DNA of 64,000 bases from an uncultured Gemmatimonadales bacterium (GCA_963697435.1 CAVOOB010000001.1:58390-122389); one strand, 5' to 3'. Shown: positions 1 to 10,857, counted from the stretch's first letter. Translations and numbers: made by a program. Notes: generated by a model from the letters alone, not told the origin.

Positions 1-25
1 CGTCCGACCGTCCGATTCGTCAGAC

Positions 26-1339
26 CTAGATAAACCGCTGCTGCCGCCCCCGGAACTTGACCCGACCCGACTTCATGAAGCCGTCGTACTTCCGCAGCTG
101 GCGGTGCTGCTCGATCTGCGACAGGGTGTCAAGGAGCACGCCGACCACGATCAGCACGGAGGTGCCGCCAAACTGCTGCTGGACGCCGATCTGCGCGCTC
201 AGGTAGATCGGGAGCAGCGCCACCGCGGCCAGAAAGATCGCGCCCGGCAGGGTGATCCGGACCAGGACGTCGTCGATGTAGTCGGCGGTGCTCGCGCCTG
301 GCTTCACGCCGGGAATGAACCCGCCCTGCTTCTTCAGGTTCTCCGCCACGTCCACCGAATTGAAGATGATGGAAGTGTAGAAGTAGCTGAACAGCAGGGT
401 CATCAGGGCAAAGACGATACTGTACGGCAGGCTGCCAGGGTTGAAGAAGCCGGCCACGTCGCGCAGCAGCGGGCTCTTCGTGAAGCTGGCCAGCGTGCCG
501 GGGACGATGATGATCGTCTGGGCGAAGATGATCGGCATCACGCTCGCCGTCAGCAGGCGGATCGGGATGAACGTCTTCTGCCCTTCGCGGATCCGCCCGC
601 GTCCCATCACCTTGCGGGGAATCTGGATGGGGATCCGGCGCGCCGCGATGGTCATGGCCGCCGTCGCCGCGATGATACCCACGAGCACCGCGAGGTAGAA
701 GATGGCGCCGATCGGGGACACCACGCTGCCCTTGATGAGCGACACGAGCTGCAGCATGCCCGGCCAGAGCCGCTCGAGGATCGAGAAGGTGATGAGCAGG
801 CTCATCCCGTTGCCGATGCCCCGCTCGGTGATCTGCTCGCCGAGCCACATCACGAAGATGGCGCCGACGGTCAGCGTCACCACCATCACCATCCGCGACA
901 CGAAGTTCGGGTTGGCCACCGCGCCCGGAATCGACTCGGTGAAGAGCGTGAAGGTGTAGGCCTGGGCGAACGAAATGAACACCGTGGCGTACCGGGTCCA
1001 TTGGGTGATCGTTTTCCGGCCTTCCTCCTCCTTCTGCATCTTGCTGATGGTCGGCACCACGCCGCCGATCAGCTGGAAGATGATCGAGGCGGAAATGTAC
1101 GGCATGATGCCGAGGGCAAAGACCGTCGCGCGCGACAGCCCGCCGCCGAGCATGTCGTACAAGCCGAAGAACCCGGCGGCGGCCGAGTTCCGGATGAAGT
1201 CAGACAGGGCCTGGACGTTGACCCCCGGGGCGGCGATGTGCGCGCCGGTCCGGTAGATCACCAGGGCCATCAGCGTGAACAGGAGCTTGCGCTTCAGCTC
1301 CGGATCAAACGAAAATGTCGGAGTGTTGGGAGCAGTCAC
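26..1339 (-). CDS. secY: preprotein translocase subunit SecY
   Basis: 437-aa multi-TM ORF with a SecY-type N-terminus (LLFTLMALVIYRTGAHIAAPGVN). GTG start sits directly after the rplO TAA. It is the last gene in canonical spc operon order. Confidence 0.97.
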   Translation of the reverse strand: MTAPNTPTFSFDPELKRKLLFTLMALVIYRTGAHIAAPGVNVQALSDFIRNSAAAGFFGLYDMLGGGLSRATVFALGIMPYISASIIFQLIGGVVPTISKMQKEEEGRKTITQWTRYATVFISFAQAYTFTLFTESIPGAVANPNFVSRMVMVVTLTVGAIFVMWLGEQITERGIGNGMSLLITFSILERLWPGMLQLVSLIKGSVVSPIGAIFYLAVLVGIIAATAAMTIAARRIPIQIPRKVMGRGRIREGQKTFIPIRLLTASVMPIIFAQTIIIVPGTLASFTKSPLLRDVAGFFNPGSLPYSIVFALMTLLFSYFYTSIIFNSVDVAENLKKQGGFIPGVKPGASTADYIDDVLVRITLPGAIFLAAVALLPIYLSAQIGVQQQFGGTSVLIVVGVLLDTLSQIEQHRQLRKYDGFMKSGRVKFRGRQQRFI

Positions 1340-1813
1340 TTACGCCTCAACGCTGCCGCCGGCCGCCTCGATCTTGGCGCGAGCCGCAGCAGACACCGGA
1401 ATCCCGCGGACGGCGTAGGCCCGAGCGGCCTCCCCGGTCCCGAGGATCTTGACCACCTGCTCGGCATTCTTGATCAGCCCCGCCTCCGTCAGCGTCTCGG
1501 GCGTCACGACCCCGCCCGCCACCGCCGACAGGCGGGCCAGGTTGATCGGCACGGCCGTCACCTTGAACGGATTCGTGAAGCCCCGCTTCGGCAGGCGCCG
1601 GTACATCGGCATCTGCCCGCCTTCGAAGCCCGGATTGGTCGAGCCGCCCGTGCGGGCCTTGTGTCCCTTGTGGCCCTTGCCCGACGTCTTGCCGAGACCG
1701 GAGCCGGGGCCGCGGCCGATCCGCCGGCGCGCCTGGGTCGAGCCGGGTGCCGGCTTCAGGTTCGACAGGGTGACCGACGGGGTCGCCACTTCCTTCGCCT
1801 TCGCCTTCGCCAT
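1340..1813 (-). CDS. rplO: 50S ribosomal protein L15
   Basis: 157 aa starting [14 protein letters not shown], with the [18 protein letters not shown] motif. ATGA overlap with the rpmD stop. In the ORF track it is hidden at the C-terminal end of the 498-aa ORF 1340-2836. Confidence 0.95.
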   Translation of the reverse strand: MAKAKAKEVATPSVTLSNLKPAPGSTQARRRIGRGPGSGLGKTSGKGHKGHKARTGGSTNPGFEGGQMPMYRRLPKRGFTNPFKVTAVPINLARLSAVAGGVVTPETLTEAGLIKNAEQVVKILGTGEAARAYAVRGIPVSAAARAKIEAAGGSVEA

Positions 1814-2073
1814 CACGCCTCCTGCGCCGGCGTCACCTCGACGAGGTGCCGCACCTTGAAGAGCATCCCACGGACCGAGGCCGAGTTCTCGAGCTCGACG
1901 GTCTGCTGGTGATGCCGAAGTCCGAGCGAAGCCAGCGTCCGCCGCATGGTCTCGGCGTGGCCGATGCCGGAGCGGATCTGCTTGACTGCGATACGCTTCG
2001 CCGTCTTTTCGTCTGGAATCGTCGCGGCGTGGTGCTTGGGGCCCTGCCGTCCGACGACTGGATTGCGTCCCAT
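1813..2073 (-). CDS. rpmD: 50S ribosomal protein L30
   Basis: 86-aa ORF with L30 core [25 protein letters not shown]. The ATG lies 3 nt after the inferred rpsE stop. Using this ATG gives an N-terminal extension of about 25 aa. Confidence 0.9.
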   Translation of the reverse strand: MGRNPVVGRQGPKHHAATIPDEKTAKRIAVKQIRSGIGHAETMRRTLASLGLRHHQQTVELENSASVRGMLFKVRHLVEVTPAQEA

Positions 2074-2076
2074 GGC

Positions 2077-2713
2077 TCAGCCCTCCTGGCGCGGCTTGTA
2101 GGCGAGGTCGCTGACTTCGATGCCCCGCTCGCGCGCCACCTGGCCGTACGGAGACCAGCCGGGCGAGCGCATCCATCGTCGCGCCGACCATGTTGTGCGG
2201 GTTCGGGGACCCGAGGCTCTTGGTCAGGATGTCGGTGATCCCGGCGCAAGCCAGCACCATCCGGATCGGGCCGCCCGCGATGACGCCGGTACCGGCGGAG
2301 GCGGGCTTGAGCAGCACCCGGCCCGCGCCGTGCTGGCCGATGATCTCGTGGGGAATCGTCGCGCCGGTGCGGGGCACGTCGATCATGCTCCGCTTGGCGG
2401 CCTCGACGGCCTTGCGGACCGCTTCCGAGACTTCGTTCGCCTTGCCGGTCGCGACGCCCACCTTGCCCTTGCCGTCGCCGACGGCCACGAGCGCGTTGAA
2501 CGAGAACCGCCGGCCACCCTTGACCACCTTGGCCACGCGATTGATCGAGACGACGTTCTCGACGTGGTCGCTGCCCCGGTCCCGGTCACGGTCCCGACGG
2601 GGGCCGCGGTCGCGATCGTTGCGGCCGCCGCGGCCACGCCGCTGCGGCTGCGACGGCGCTTCGGCCGGCGCCTCGGTGGTGGTGCCAGGGACTGCTGCCT
2701 TTTCGTCAGCCAT
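2077..2713 (-). CDS. rpsE: 30S ribosomal protein S5, reading frame broken near the 3' end as sequenced
   Basis: The S5 core ([21 protein letters not shown]...[19 protein letters not shown]) starts at ATG 2713. The expected C-terminus [25 protein letters not shown]-stop (TGA 2077-2079) is in another frame. The span is 637 nt, which is 1 mod 3. The switch lies near 2145-2160. Confidence 0.85.
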
Positions 2714-2714
2714 G

Positions 2715-3086
2715 CTAGAACTCCAGTCCGCCGGCGCGTGCGCCGTCGGCGACCGCCTGTACGCGGCCATGGTATCGGTAACCTGCCCGGTCGAAGACCA
2801 CCGTGGTGATGCCCGCGGCCTTCGCCTTCTCCGCAATGAGCTTCCCGACGGCCTTGGCCCGGGCCACCTTGCCCGTGCCCTCGATGGCGATCCCCTCGCT
2901 CGTGTCCACCACGCCGAGAATCGTCACGCCGAGGTCATCGTTGACCAGCTGGGCGGAGATGTGCTTCAGCGACCGGAAGACCACCAGCCGCGGACGCTCA
3001 CGCGTGCCGGCAACCTTCTGCCGAACGCGGAGGTGGCGGCGGTAGCGCTGTTCCCGGCGCGTCTTGGGTGCGTGTATCGCGCGCAT
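2715..3086 (-). CDS. rplR: 50S ribosomal protein L18
   Basis: 123-aa ORF with L18 sequence ([18 protein letters not shown]...[22 protein letters not shown]) in operon position. Confidence 0.96.
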   Translation of the reverse strand: MRAIHAPKTRREQRYRRHLRVRQKVAGTRERPRLVVFRSLKHISAQLVNDDLGVTILGVVDTSEGIAIEGTGKVARAKAVGKLIAEKAKAAGITTVVFDRAGYRYHGRVQAVADGARAGGLEF

Positions 3087-3088
3087 GC

Positions 3089-3628
3089 CTACTTCGCTCC
3101 TGTCTTGCCGGCCTTGCGCCGGACCTGCTCGCCCTGGTAGCGGATGCCCTTGCCCTTGTAGGGCTCGGGCGGACGGACCGACCGGATTTCGGCGGCCACC
3201 TGCCCGACGAGTTCCTTGCTCGCGCCCTGGATCCGTACCACCGTGTTGTTCTCGACCGTGATCTTGATGCCCGCCGGCGCCTTGAACGGCACCTGGTGCG
3301 ACAGACCGACGATGAGGGTGATGCCGTCCGGCTTCATTTCCGCCTTGTAGCCGACGCCCTGGAGTTCCAGGACCTTCTGGTACCCGGCGGTGACGCCCTC
3401 GACCATGTTGGCCACGAGCGTGCGGGTCAGGCCGTGGAGCGCCTTGTGCCGCTTCTCGTCGCTCGGGCGCTCGACGGTCACCTGCCCGTCCGCCATGGAC
3501 ACGTTCATCTCCGGCGGCAGCTCCCGGGCGAGTTCGCCCTTGGGCCCCTTGACCGCGATGTGGCTGCCGTTGAGGGCCACCGTCACCCCTGCGGGAACCT
3601 CCACCGGACGCTTGCCGATACGCGACAT
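3089..3628 (-). CDS. rplF: 50S ribosomal protein L6
   Basis: 179 aa from MSRIGKRPVEVPAGV. The ATG was located at 3626-3628 on the reverse strand. The ORF-track entry 3089-3889 overextends upstream. Confidence 0.95.
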   Translation of the reverse strand: MSRIGKRPVEVPAGVTVALNGSHIAVKGPKGELARELPPEMNVSMADGQVTVERPSDEKRHKALHGLTRTLVANMVEGVTAGYQKVLELQGVGYKAEMKPDGITLIVGLSHQVPFKAPAGIKITVENNTVVRIQGASKELVGQVAAEIRSVRPPEPYKGKGIRYQGEQVRRKAGKTGAK

Positions 3629-3636
3629 GTCGCCTC

Positions 3637-4032
3637 CTACCAGACGACGGCGAGGAGCTCGCCGCCGAGGTTGGCGGTGCGCGCCTGCCGGTCCGTCATG
3701 AGGCCCTTGGGCGTCGAGACGATGGCCATGCCGAGGCCGTTCTTGACCCGGGGAATCTCGCGGCACTTCACATACTGCCGGAGCCCGGGGGTCGAGACGC
3801 GACGCAGCTCCCGGATAACCGGCAGCTCGTTGTGGTACTTGAGGTAGAGCCGCAGCACGCCGCGACCGCCATCCTCGAGCACCTTGCACTCGGCGATGTA
3901 GTGATTCTCGAGAAGCAGGCGCGCCAGCTCGACCTTGAGCTTGGACGCCGGCACATCGACTCGCCGGTGGCCTGCGGAGCAGGCGTTCCGGATGCGAGTC
4001 AGCATATCCGCTACGGGATCTGTCATGCTCAT
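3637..4032 (-). CDS. rpsH: 30S ribosomal protein S8
   Basis: 131-aa ORF with MSMTDPVADMLTRIRNA and the C-terminal GGELLAVVW typical of S8. Confidence 0.96.
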   Translation of the reverse strand: MSMTDPVADMLTRIRNACSAGHRRVDVPASKLKVELARLLLENHYIAECKVLEDGGRGVLRLYLKYHNELPVIRELRRVSTPGLRQYVKCREIPRVKNGLGMAIVSTPKGLMTDRQARTANLGGELLAVVW

Positions 4033-4047
4033 GTTACTTGCGTCCCC

Positions 4048-4233
4048 TTACCAACTGGCCTTGCGCACGCCCGGGATTTCCCCCTTCAGCGCGAGCTCTC
4101 GAAAGCAGATTCGGCAGAGGCCGAACTTGCGCAGGACTGCCCGTGACCGTCCACACCGCGCACAGCGGCGGACGGCGCGCACCTTGAACTTGGGCGTGCG
4201 CTTGGCTCGTTCAATCCAACTGGTCTTTGCCAT
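4048..4233 (-). CDS. rpsN: 30S ribosomal protein S14, short zinc-binding type Z
   Basis: 61 aa with two CxxC pairs (CARCGR ... CRICFR), ending [11 protein letters not shown]. Confidence 0.95.
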   Translation of the reverse strand: MAKTSWIERAKRTPKFKVRAVRRCARCGRSRAVLRKFGLCRICFRELALKGEIPGVRKASW

Positions 4234-4271
4234 CGTCTCTCCTGGTGGCGCCCCGGAGGGCGCCGGTTTTC

Positions 4272-4946
4272 TTACGCCATCGGGACCGGCGTCTCACCGC
4301 GAAACGGCCAGCCGAGTTCGCGGAGAAGCGCCATCGCCAGGTCATCCCGCCCGGCGTTCGTCACGATCGTGATATCCATCCCGTGGATCTTCTCGACCTT
4401 GTCGTAGTCGATTTCGGGAAAGATCAACTGCTCCTTGATGCCGGTCGTGTAGTTGCCGCGACCGTCGAAGCTCTTCTCGGGCAGGCCGCGGAAGTCGCGC
4501 ACGCGCGGGACCGCGATGGCGATGAAGCGGTCGAGGAACTCGTACATCCGCGCGCCGCGCAACGTGACCGAGGCCCCGACCGGTACGCCGGTCCGGAGGC
4601 CGAAATTGGCGATCGACTTCTTGGCGCGGGTGATGACCGGCTTCTGGCCGGTGATCAGCGCCAGCTCCGACACCACGGCGTCGAGCAGCTTCGGGGTCTT
4701 GCTCGCCTCGCCCATGCCGACGTTCAGGACCACCTTGGTGATCCGGGGCACCTGCATCGGGTTCGCGATGGCGAACTGCTGGACCAGGCGCGGGCGGACC
4801 GCGGTCTCGTAGTACGTCTGCAGCCGGGGCGTGCCGTCGACCGCCTTCGGCGCCGGATCGGTGGCAACCCCCGTGGCGCCCCCCTTCTCCTTGCCTGCCT
4901 TGGCCGTGCCACCCGTCTTCGGGGCCTTCTCCTTCGTGGTCGCCAT
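4272..4946 (-). CDS. rplE: 50S ribosomal protein L5
   Basis: 224-aa ORF. The L5 core begins near [19 protein letters not shown], preceded by a Lys/Ala/Gly-rich N-terminal extension of about 38 aa. Confidence 0.93.
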   Translation of the reverse strand: MATTKEKAPKTGGTAKAGKEKGGATGVATDPAPKAVDGTPRLQTYYETAVRPRLVQQFAIANPMQVPRITKVVLNVGMGEASKTPKLLDAVVSELALITGQKPVITRAKKSIANFGLRTGVPVGASVTLRGARMYEFLDRFIAIAVPRVRDFRGLPEKSFDGRGNYTTGIKEQLIFPEIDYDKVEKIHGMDITIVTNAGRDDLAMALLRELGWPFRGETPVPMA

Positions 4947-4947
4947 C

Positions 4948-5328
4948 TTACCTGCTCCTCGGAATCGGCTGCCCGGACTTCACGGCGATGCGCTCGAGCG
5001 TCCCGTCGGCATCCTTGCGCCGGCGGACCCGGGTCGGCGCATCGTTCTTCGGGTCGATCAGCATGGTCTTCGAATGGTGGATCGGCGCCGGGAACTCGAT
5101 GATCCCGCCCTCGGTGTTCTGCGTGGCGCGGCGGTGCCGCTTCACGATGTTCACCCCGTCGATCGCCACGCGGCCCGTCTTCGGGTACACGCGGAGCACC
5201 TTCCCCCGCTTGCCCTTGTCGTCGCCCGACATGACCTGGACGGTGTCGCCCTTGGTGATCGGCATGCGGTGGCGGACGACCGGCTTCTGCCGGACCCGCT
5301 TGGCCTTCTTGTGCACGAGCGGCTTCAT
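4948..5328 (-). CDS. rplX: 50S ribosomal protein L24
   Basis: 126-aa ORF with KOW-type core [21 protein letters not shown]. An alternative internal start (MPITKGD at 5265) cannot be excluded. Confidence 0.92.
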   Translation of the reverse strand: MKPLVHKKAKRVRQKPVVRHRMPITKGDTVQVMSGDDKGKRGKVLRVYPKTGRVAIDGVNIVKRHRRATQNTEGGIIEFPAPIHHSKTMLIDPKNDAPTRVRRRKDADGTLERIAVKSGQPIPRSR

Positions 5329-5329
5329 G

Positions 5330-5698
5330 TTACAGGACCTCCGGAGCCAGCGAGACGATCTTCATGTACCGCTTCTCGCGGAGCTCGCGCGCCACGGGAC
5401 CGAAGATGCGGGTCGCCCGCGGCTCGCCCTTGTCATCGATGAGGACCGCGGCGTTCTCGTCGAACCGGATGTAGGAACCGTCCTTGCGGCGGGTCTCCTT
5501 CACGGTGCGCACGATGACCGCCTTGGCCACGTCGCCCTTCTTCACCTGGCCGGTCGGGATGGCGTCCTTGATGGCCACCACCACGGTGTCGCCGAGGCCC
5601 GCATAGCGGCGCCGGCTCCCGCCGAGGACGCGGATCACCAGCGCTTTGCGCGCGCCGGAATTGTCCGCGATTCTGAGCATGCTTTCTTGCTGAACCAT
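5330..5698 (-). CDS. rplN: 50S ribosomal protein L14
   Basis: 122 aa starting [18 protein letters not shown], ending IVSLAPEVL. Confidence 0.97.
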   Translation of the reverse strand: MVQQESMLRIADNSGARKALVIRVLGGSRRRYAGLGDTVVVAIKDAIPTGQVKKGDVAKAVIVRTVKETRRKDGSYIRFDENAAVLIDDKGEPRATRIFGPVARELREKRYMKIVSLAPEVL

Positions 5699-5717
5699 GT
5701 GTTCCTCGTTGCGTGGG

Positions 5718-5990
5718 CTACTTGGCCCGCTTGACGATCTCGGTTACGCGCCAGTTCACGGTCTTGGCCAGCGGCCGCGTCTCCATCAGGCGGACGGTGT
5801 CCCCCACCTTCGCGCCGTGCTCGTCCCGCGCCTTCACCGTGATGGTCCGCGTCATCATCTTGCCGTAGACCGCGTGCGCAAAGCGCCGGGTCAGCGTGAC
5901 CGTGACCGTCTTCTGCATCTTGTCGCTCTTGACGACGCCGGTGCGGGTCTTCCGCTGCAGGCGCGTCGTCGCGGTTGTCTCGTCAGCCAT
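5718..5990 (-). CDS. rpsQ: 30S ribosomal protein S17
   Basis: 90 aa with [18 protein letters not shown] and [16 protein letters not shown]. Confidence 0.95.
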   Translation of the reverse strand: MADETTATTRLQRKTRTGVVKSDKMQKTVTVTLTRRFAHAVYGKMMTRTITVKARDEHGAKVGDTVRLMETRPLAKTVNWRVTEIVKRAK

Positions 5991-5999
5991 GATGTGCCC

Positions 6000-6194
6000 T
6001 TACGCTTTGGTCGCGCGCGAACGCAGGACCGTCAGGATCCGCGCGGTGTCCCGGCGCAACGTCCGGAACCGCATCGGATTGTCAATCGACTCACTCGCCG
6101 ACCGGAAGCGCAGCCGGAACCGCTCTTCCTTCAGCTCCGCGAGCTTGGCCTTCAGCTCGTCGTCGGACAGGTCCCGCAACTCAGTCGCGTTCAT
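6000..6194 (-). CDS. rpmC: 50S ribosomal protein L29
   Basis: 64 aa with ELRDLSDDELKAKLAELKEERFRLRF. Confidence 0.94.
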   Translation of the reverse strand: MNATELRDLSDDELKAKLAELKEERFRLRFRSASESIDNPMRFRTLRRDTARILTVLRSRATKA

Positions 6195-6197
6195 TGC

Positions 6198-6611
6198 CTA
6201 GATCTCCTCGCGCTTGACGAAGCGCGTGCGCACCGGCAGCTTGGCCTGCGCCAGCGCCAGCGCCTTGCGCGCCAGTTCCTCGCTCACGCCCTCGACCTCG
6301 AAGAGCACCCGCCCGGGCCGCACCACGGCGACCCAACCCTCGGGATTGCCCTTGCCCTTGCCCATGCGGGTTTCGGCCGGCTTCTTCGTGATCGGCTTGT
6401 CCGGGAAGATCCGGATCCAGACCTTGCCGCCGCGCTTCATCTCGCGGGTCATGGCCACACGCGCCGCTTCGATTTGCCGGTTCGTGATCCAGCCCGGATC
6501 GAGCGTCTTGATGGCGAACTCGCCGAACGACACCGCAATGCCCCGCGAGGCGATGCCCTTGGTCCGGCCCTTGAACGTCTTGCGAAACTTCACCCGCTTC
6601 GGTGCCAGCAT
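6198..6611 (-). CDS. rplP: 50S ribosomal protein L16
   Basis: 137 aa with [16 protein letters not shown] and [12 protein letters not shown]. Confidence 0.97.
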   Translation of the reverse strand: MLAPKRVKFRKTFKGRTKGIASRGIAVSFGEFAIKTLDPGWITNRQIEAARVAMTREMKRGGKVWIRIFPDKPITKKPAETRMGKGKGNPEGWVAVVRPGRVLFEVEGVSEELARKALALAQAKLPVRTRFVKREEI

Positions 6612-6616
6612 GGTCC

Positions 6617-7276
6617 TCAGGCCCCCGTGCTGTAGGTGCGGCCGGCCATGTCCTCGACCACCTCACCCTTGAAGATCCAGACCTTGATCCCGATCGTGCC
6701 GTAGGTCGTCTTGGCCGTCGAGGTCGCGTAGTCGATGTCCGCCCGCAGCGTGTGCAGCGGCACCCGGCCCTCGCGGTACCCCTCGGTTCGCGCGATTTCC
6801 GATCCGCCGAGCCGGCCCGACACCCGCACCCGGATTCCCTGGGCGCCCATCCGCATGGCGCTCTGCACCGCGCGTTTCATGGCGCGGCGGAACGAAATGC
6901 GCTGCACCAGCTGGTGCGCGATGTTGTCGGCGACGAGCTGCGACGCCACCTCGGGCCGCTTGATCTCTTCGACGTTGATCGCGGCTTCCTTGCCGGTCAG
7001 CTGGGCCAGTTCGTCGCGCAGCTTGTCCACCTCGGCGCCCCGCTTGCCGATCACCACGCCCGGCCGCCCGGTGTGCACGGTGACCGTCACCTTGCCCGGC
7101 TTCCGCTCGATGTGGATGTCGGCAATGGCGGCGTGCCCGAGACGCGCGCGCAGGTACTTCCGGATCAGCTCGTCTTCCTTGAGCAGCGCCGGCATTTCCT
7201 TCGTGGCAAACCAGCGGGACCGCCACGGCTGCACGATGCCGAGCCGGAATCCGATCGGATGGGTCTTCTGCCCCAT
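6617..7276 (-). CDS. rpsC: 30S ribosomal protein S3
   Basis: 219 aa starting [14 protein letters not shown], with KH and S3-C regions. One-nt TAATG overlap with the rplV stop. Confidence 0.97.
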   Translation of the reverse strand: MGQKTHPIGFRLGIVQPWRSRWFATKEMPALLKEDELIRKYLRARLGHAAIADIHIERKPGKVTVTVHTGRPGVVIGKRGAEVDKLRDELAQLTGKEAAINVEEIKRPEVASQLVADNIAHQLVQRISFRRAMKRAVQSAMRMGAQGIRVRVSGRLGGSEIARTEGYREGRVPLHTLRADIDYATSTAKTTYGTIGIKVWIFKGEVVEDMAGRTYSTGA

Positions 7277-7638
7277 TAGTTGCTCCCCTTCGTGGCCACG
7301 TGAATGGTCACGTGGCTGGTCCGCTTGCGGATCGGGGTCGCGCGGCCCTGTGCCGCGGCGGTGAACCGCTTGAGCGGCTGCCCCATGTCCACCATCGCCT
7401 TCGAGACGTAGAGCTCGTCCACGTCAAACGCCTCGTTGTCCCGCAGGGCCAGCTGCTCGGCGTTCGAGACCGCCGACTTCAGCGTCTTCTCGATCTGCCG
7501 CGCGGCCAGCTTCTTGTTGAACTTGAGGATCGCGTACGCCTCATTCACGTCCTTGCCGCGGATCAGGTCCGCGACGAGACGCATCTTCTGCGGCGACTGG
7601 CGCACCAGCCGCTGGATCGCTGTGCCTGGCATCGTCAC
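7276..7638 (-). CDS. rplV: 50S ribosomal protein L22
   Basis: 120-aa ORF with L22 sequence in operon position. Confidence 0.94.
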   Translation of the reverse strand: MTMPGTAIQRLVRQSPQKMRLVADLIRGKDVNEAYAILKFNKKLAARQIEKTLKSAVSNAEQLALRDNEAFDVDELYVSKAMVDMGQPLKRFTAAAQGRATPIRKRTSHVTIHVATKGSN

Positions 7639-7925
7639 TCCGGCTTGGCCTTCCGGTCCGCCACAAGCTTGCCGCTGTGGCCGCGGAACAGGCGCGTGGG
7701 CGAAAACTCGCCCAGCTTGTGTCCCACCATGTTTTCCGTCACGTACACCGGCACGAACTTGTTGCCGTTGTGGACGGCGAAGGTGTGCCCCACGAACTCG
7801 GGCAGAATCGTGCTCGCCCGGCTCCAGGTCTTCACGACCTTCTTCTCGTTCTTCTGGTTGAGGGCCTCGACCTTCAGGAGCAATGCGTCCTGGACGAACG
7901 GGCCCTTCTTGATGCTACGTGCCAT
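7635..7925 (-). CDS. rpsS: 30S ribosomal protein S19
   Basis: 96 aa with [11 protein letters not shown] and [23 protein letters not shown]. Confidence 0.97.
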   Translation of the reverse strand: MARSIKKGPFVQDALLLKVEALNQKNEKKVVKTWSRASTILPEFVGHTFAVHNGNKFVPVYVTENMVGHKLGEFSPTRLFRGHSGKLVADRKAKPE

Positions 7926-7943
7926 ATCAGAATCCCCAGTGGC

Positions 7944-8783
7944 CTACTTCGTGGCCTTGCCGCGGCGACGGCCGCGCACGATGTGCTTCGTGGACGCCTT
8001 CTTGCGATGGCGCGTCTTCTTGCCTTCAGCTTTGCCCCACGGCGAGACCGGCGGACGTCCGCCCGACGACTTGCCCTCGCCGCCGCCCAGCGGGTGGTCG
8101 ACCGGGTTCATCGCCACACCGCGGACCGACGGCTTGATGCCCAGCCAGCGGCTCTTGCCGGCCTTGCCGATCGACAGCAGCTCGTGCTCCGAGTTGCCAA
8201 CTTCGCCGATCGTGGCCATGCAGCGCGCATGAATCCGCCGGACCTCGGTGGACTTCAGGCGGAGTGTCACATACTCGCCTTCCTTGGCCACCACCTGGCA
8301 GCCCGCGCCGGCCGAACGCGCCATCTGGCCGCCCTTGCCGATCTTGAGCTCCACGTTGTGCACCATGGTGCCGAGCGGGATCTCCGACAGCGGTACCGCG
8401 TTGCCGAGCCGGATGTCCGACCCCGGGCCCGACATCACCGCATCGCCCTGCTTCAGGCCGGTCGGATGCAGGATGTAGCGCTTCTCGCCGTCGGCGTAGA
8501 CCAGCAGCGCGATCCGCGCGCTCCGGTTCGGATCGTATTCGATTTCCGCCACCTTGGCCGGAATGCCGAACTTGTTCCGCTTGAAATCGATCTTGCGGTA
8601 CTGGCGCTTGTGCCCGCCGCCCCGGTGCCGCGACGTCAGGTGCCCCTTGTTATTGCGGCCACCGGACTTCTTGATCGGCTCCAGCAGCGACTTCTCCGGC
8701 GTGCCGCGCGTGATCTCGTCAAAGCCGGAGACCGAGCGGAACCGCGTGCCGGCCGTCATCGGGCGGAACTGTCGAATGGTCAT
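7944..8783 (-). CDS. rplB: 50S ribosomal protein L2
   Basis: 279 aa from [15 protein letters not shown] (ATG verified at 8781-8783, 4 nt after the rplW stop). The ORF-track start at 8834 overextends. Confidence 0.96.
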   Translation of the reverse strand: MTIRQFRPMTAGTRFRSVSGFDEITRGTPEKSLLEPIKKSGGRNNKGHLTSRHRGGGHKRQYRKIDFKRNKFGIPAKVAEIEYDPNRSARIALLVYADGEKRYILHPTGLKQGDAVMSGPGSDIRLGNAVPLSEIPLGTMVHNVELKIGKGGQMARSAGAGCQVVAKEGEYVTLRLKSTEVRRIHARCMATIGEVGNSEHELLSIGKAGKSRWLGIKPSVRGVAMNPVDHPLGGGEGKSSGGRPPVSPWGKAEGKKTRHRKKASTKHIVRGRRRGKATK

Positions 8784-8787
8784 TGGC

Positions 8788-9075
8788 TCAGCCCTCGAAA
8801 ACCGGAAGCGTCTCGCCGTCCTTGAGGACGACAATGGCCTTCTTCCACTGGGCAGTCGTGCCCCGCGTGCGGCCCCGGGTCACCTCGTTCCGACGCATCT
8901 GCATGGTGCGGATGTCGGTCACGGTGACGCCGAACAACTTCAGGAGCGCATCCCGGATCTGGTACTTGTTCGCGTCGGGATGCACGTGAAACGCGTATTC
9001 CTTGCGCGCCTGGAAGGCCGCCGAACTCTTCTCGGTGATCAGCGGCTTGACGATCACTTCATGCAGGGCGGGCAT
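8788..9075 (-). CDS. rplW: 50S ribosomal protein L23
   Basis: 95-aa ORF with L23 sequence ([12 protein letters not shown]...) in operon position. Confidence 0.94.
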   Translation of the reverse strand: MPALHEVIVKPLITEKSSAAFQARKEYAFHVHPDANKYQIRDALLKLFGVTVTDIRTMQMRRNEVTRGRTRGTTAQWKKAIVVLKDGETLPVFEG

Positions 9076-9924
9076 TTACTCGCTGCCTTTCTTCTTCGGC
9101 TCGGCCTTGCGGGCGGTGCTCCGCCGCGCGCCGGCCTTGGGAGCCTTGACCTTGGGCGCCTTCGCCTTCGGGGCGGCCTTCTTCTTCGGCGCCGCCGCCT
9201 TGGCCGCCTTGGCCTTGGCCGACTTGGCCGACTTGGCCGTCTTCGGCTTGGCCGCCTTCTTCGTCTTGGCCGGCGCGGCTGCCGCGGCGCTCGCGGTGCT
9301 CGCGGTGCTCACCTCGCCGCCCAGCGCGCCCTGCTCCACCACCAGCGCATCCGCCCACAGAATGTCGTAGGCCGAGGCGTCGGCATAGGGCAGCACGCCG
9401 GCGCGCGGCAGGTTCCGGGCGCTCAGGTAGGCCGCCGAATTGATGCCGTGCGTCAGCACGAGCACCTTGCGCCCCTCGAAGCCCAACTTGGCGAGGAGGG
9501 CGGTCATCTGCTTCGTCTTGGGCGACGCGAACTCGAGACGCTCCACCACCGCCAGCAGGCCATCGGCCGCACGGGCGTTGAGCGCCGACTTCCGCGCCAG
9601 CTGCCGCACCTTCTTGGGGATCCCCGTCCGGTAGTCGCGCGGGACCGGCGCGAACGCGACGCCGCCGCCCCGCCAGTGCGGTGCCCGCGTCGTGCCCTGC
9701 CGCGCGCGACCGGTGCCCTTCTGCTTCCAGGGCTTCTGGTTGCCACCCGACACTTCCGCCCGGGTCTTCGCCTTCTGCGTGCCCTGGCGCTGGTTGTTCA
9801 GGTACACCTTCACGGCCTCATGGAGGACCGGGCGGTGCACGGTACCGTCAAAGGTCTCGGCCGGCAGGGCAAACGGCGTCTTCAGCTTGGCGCCTGCGGC
9901 GGAATAGAGCGGAGCCTCAATCAT
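9076..9924 (-). CDS. rplD: 50S ribosomal protein L4 with a long Ala/Lys/Pro-rich C-terminal tail
   Basis: 282 aa. The L4 core ([29 protein letters not shown]) is followed by a low-complexity tail of about 77 aa ([45 protein letters not shown]...). Confidence 0.95.
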   Translation of the reverse strand: MIEAPLYSAAGAKLKTPFALPAETFDGTVHRPVLHEAVKVYLNNQRQGTQKAKTRAEVSGGNQKPWKQKGTGRARQGTTRAPHWRGGGVAFAPVPRDYRTGIPKKVRQLARKSALNARAADGLLAVVERLEFASPKTKQMTALLAKLGFEGRKVLVLTHGINSAAYLSARNLPRAGVLPYADASAYDILWADALVVEQGALGGEVSTASTASAAAAAPAKTKKAAKPKTAKSAKSAKAKAAKAAAPKKKAAPKAKAPKVKAPKAGARRSTARKAEPKKKGSE

Positions 9925-10543
9925 GGCGGCTCTTGCCTCCCTGCTTGGAGACGGTCACGATGCCGTTCTTCGACCCGGGAATGGCCCCGCGCACGAAGAG
10001 GAGATTCCGTTCGGCATCCACCTGCACGACCGTCAGGCCGAGCTCGGTGTGTCGCGCCGCGCCATGATGGCCCGGCATCTTCTTGCCCTTGATGACGCGG
10101 GACGGATTGGTGCCCGGCCCGATGGAGCCCGGCTTCCGGTGCCGTGTGTTGCCGTGACTGGCCGGGCCGCCGCCAAAGCCGTAGCGCTTGACCACGCCCT
10201 GGAAGCCCTTGCCCTTGGTGGTGCCGGTCACCTTGACCCGCTCGCCCGCCGCGAAGATCTCGACCGTCACGGTCGACCCCGCCGCCGGCGCGGCGTCACC
10301 CGCCACCGCGAACTCCCGGATGATCCGGGGCGCCACCTCGAGCCCCGCCGCCTTCGCGTGCCCCAGTTCCGCCTTGCTGGCCCGCGTCGCCTTCTGCGCG
10401 CCGAACCCGAGCTGCACCGTGCCGGTCTTGACCTGCACGACCTGGCACGGCCCCGCCTCGATCACGGTCACGGGCGTCGCGGTCCCGTCCTCGGCGAAGA
10501 GCCTCGTCATGCCGAGCTTCCGGCCAATGAGTCCATTCGTCAT
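9917..10543 (-). CDS. rplC: 50S ribosomal protein L3
   Basis: 208 aa from [16 protein letters not shown] (ATG verified at 10541-10543, 2 nt after the rpsJ stop). The ORF-track entry overextends to 10714. Confidence 0.96.
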   Translation of the reverse strand: MTNGLIGRKLGMTRLFAEDGTATPVTVIEAGPCQVVQVKTGTVQLGFGAQKATRASKAELGHAKAAGLEVAPRIIREFAVAGDAAPAAGSTVTVEIFAAGERVKVTGTTKGKGFQGVVKRYGFGGGPASHGNTRHRKPGSIGPGTNPSRVIKGKKMPGHHGAARHTELGLTVVQVDAERNLLFVRGAIPGSKNGIVTVSKQGGKSRHD

Positions 10544-10545
10544 GG

Positions 10546-10857
10546 CTACTGGACCTTGATCTCGACGTCCACGCCGGCCGGCAGGTCGAGCTTCGTCAGC
10601 GCGTCCACCGTCTGCGGTCGGGAGTCGTTGATGTCGAGCAGCCGCTTGTGGGTCCGGAGCTCGAACTGCTCCCGGCTCTTCTTGTCCACGTGCGGGCTGC
10701 GCAGCACCGTCCACCGCTCGATCTTCATCGGGAGGGGGATCGGACCGGACACCTGGGCGCCGGTCTTTTCCGCCGTACGCACGATGTCCGCCGCGGCCTG
10801 GTCCAGCACCACGTGGTCGAACGCCTTGAGGCGGATGCGAATCTTCTGAGCCATCAT
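10546..10857 (-). CDS. rpsJ: 30S ribosomal protein S10
   Basis: [15 protein letters not shown]...VDVEIKVQ. Two adjacent ATGs at 10857 and 10854 are both possible starts. The ORF-track start at 10899 overextends. Confidence 0.95.
   Translation of the reverse strand: MMAQKIRIRLKAFDHVVLDQAAADIVRTAEKTGAQVSGPIPLPMKIERWTVLRSPHVDKKSREQFELRTHKRLLDINDSRPQTVDALTKLDLPAGVDVEIKVQ

Noticed and set aside
1340-2836. 498-aa ORF that would be an S5 / L30-region / L15 fusion protein
   Set aside because: Only the first and last thirds match ribosomal proteins and the middle is nonsense. L30 is encoded in another frame inside it. A proper S5 C-terminus and stop exist one frame over. The ORF is the by-product of the rpsE frame break.
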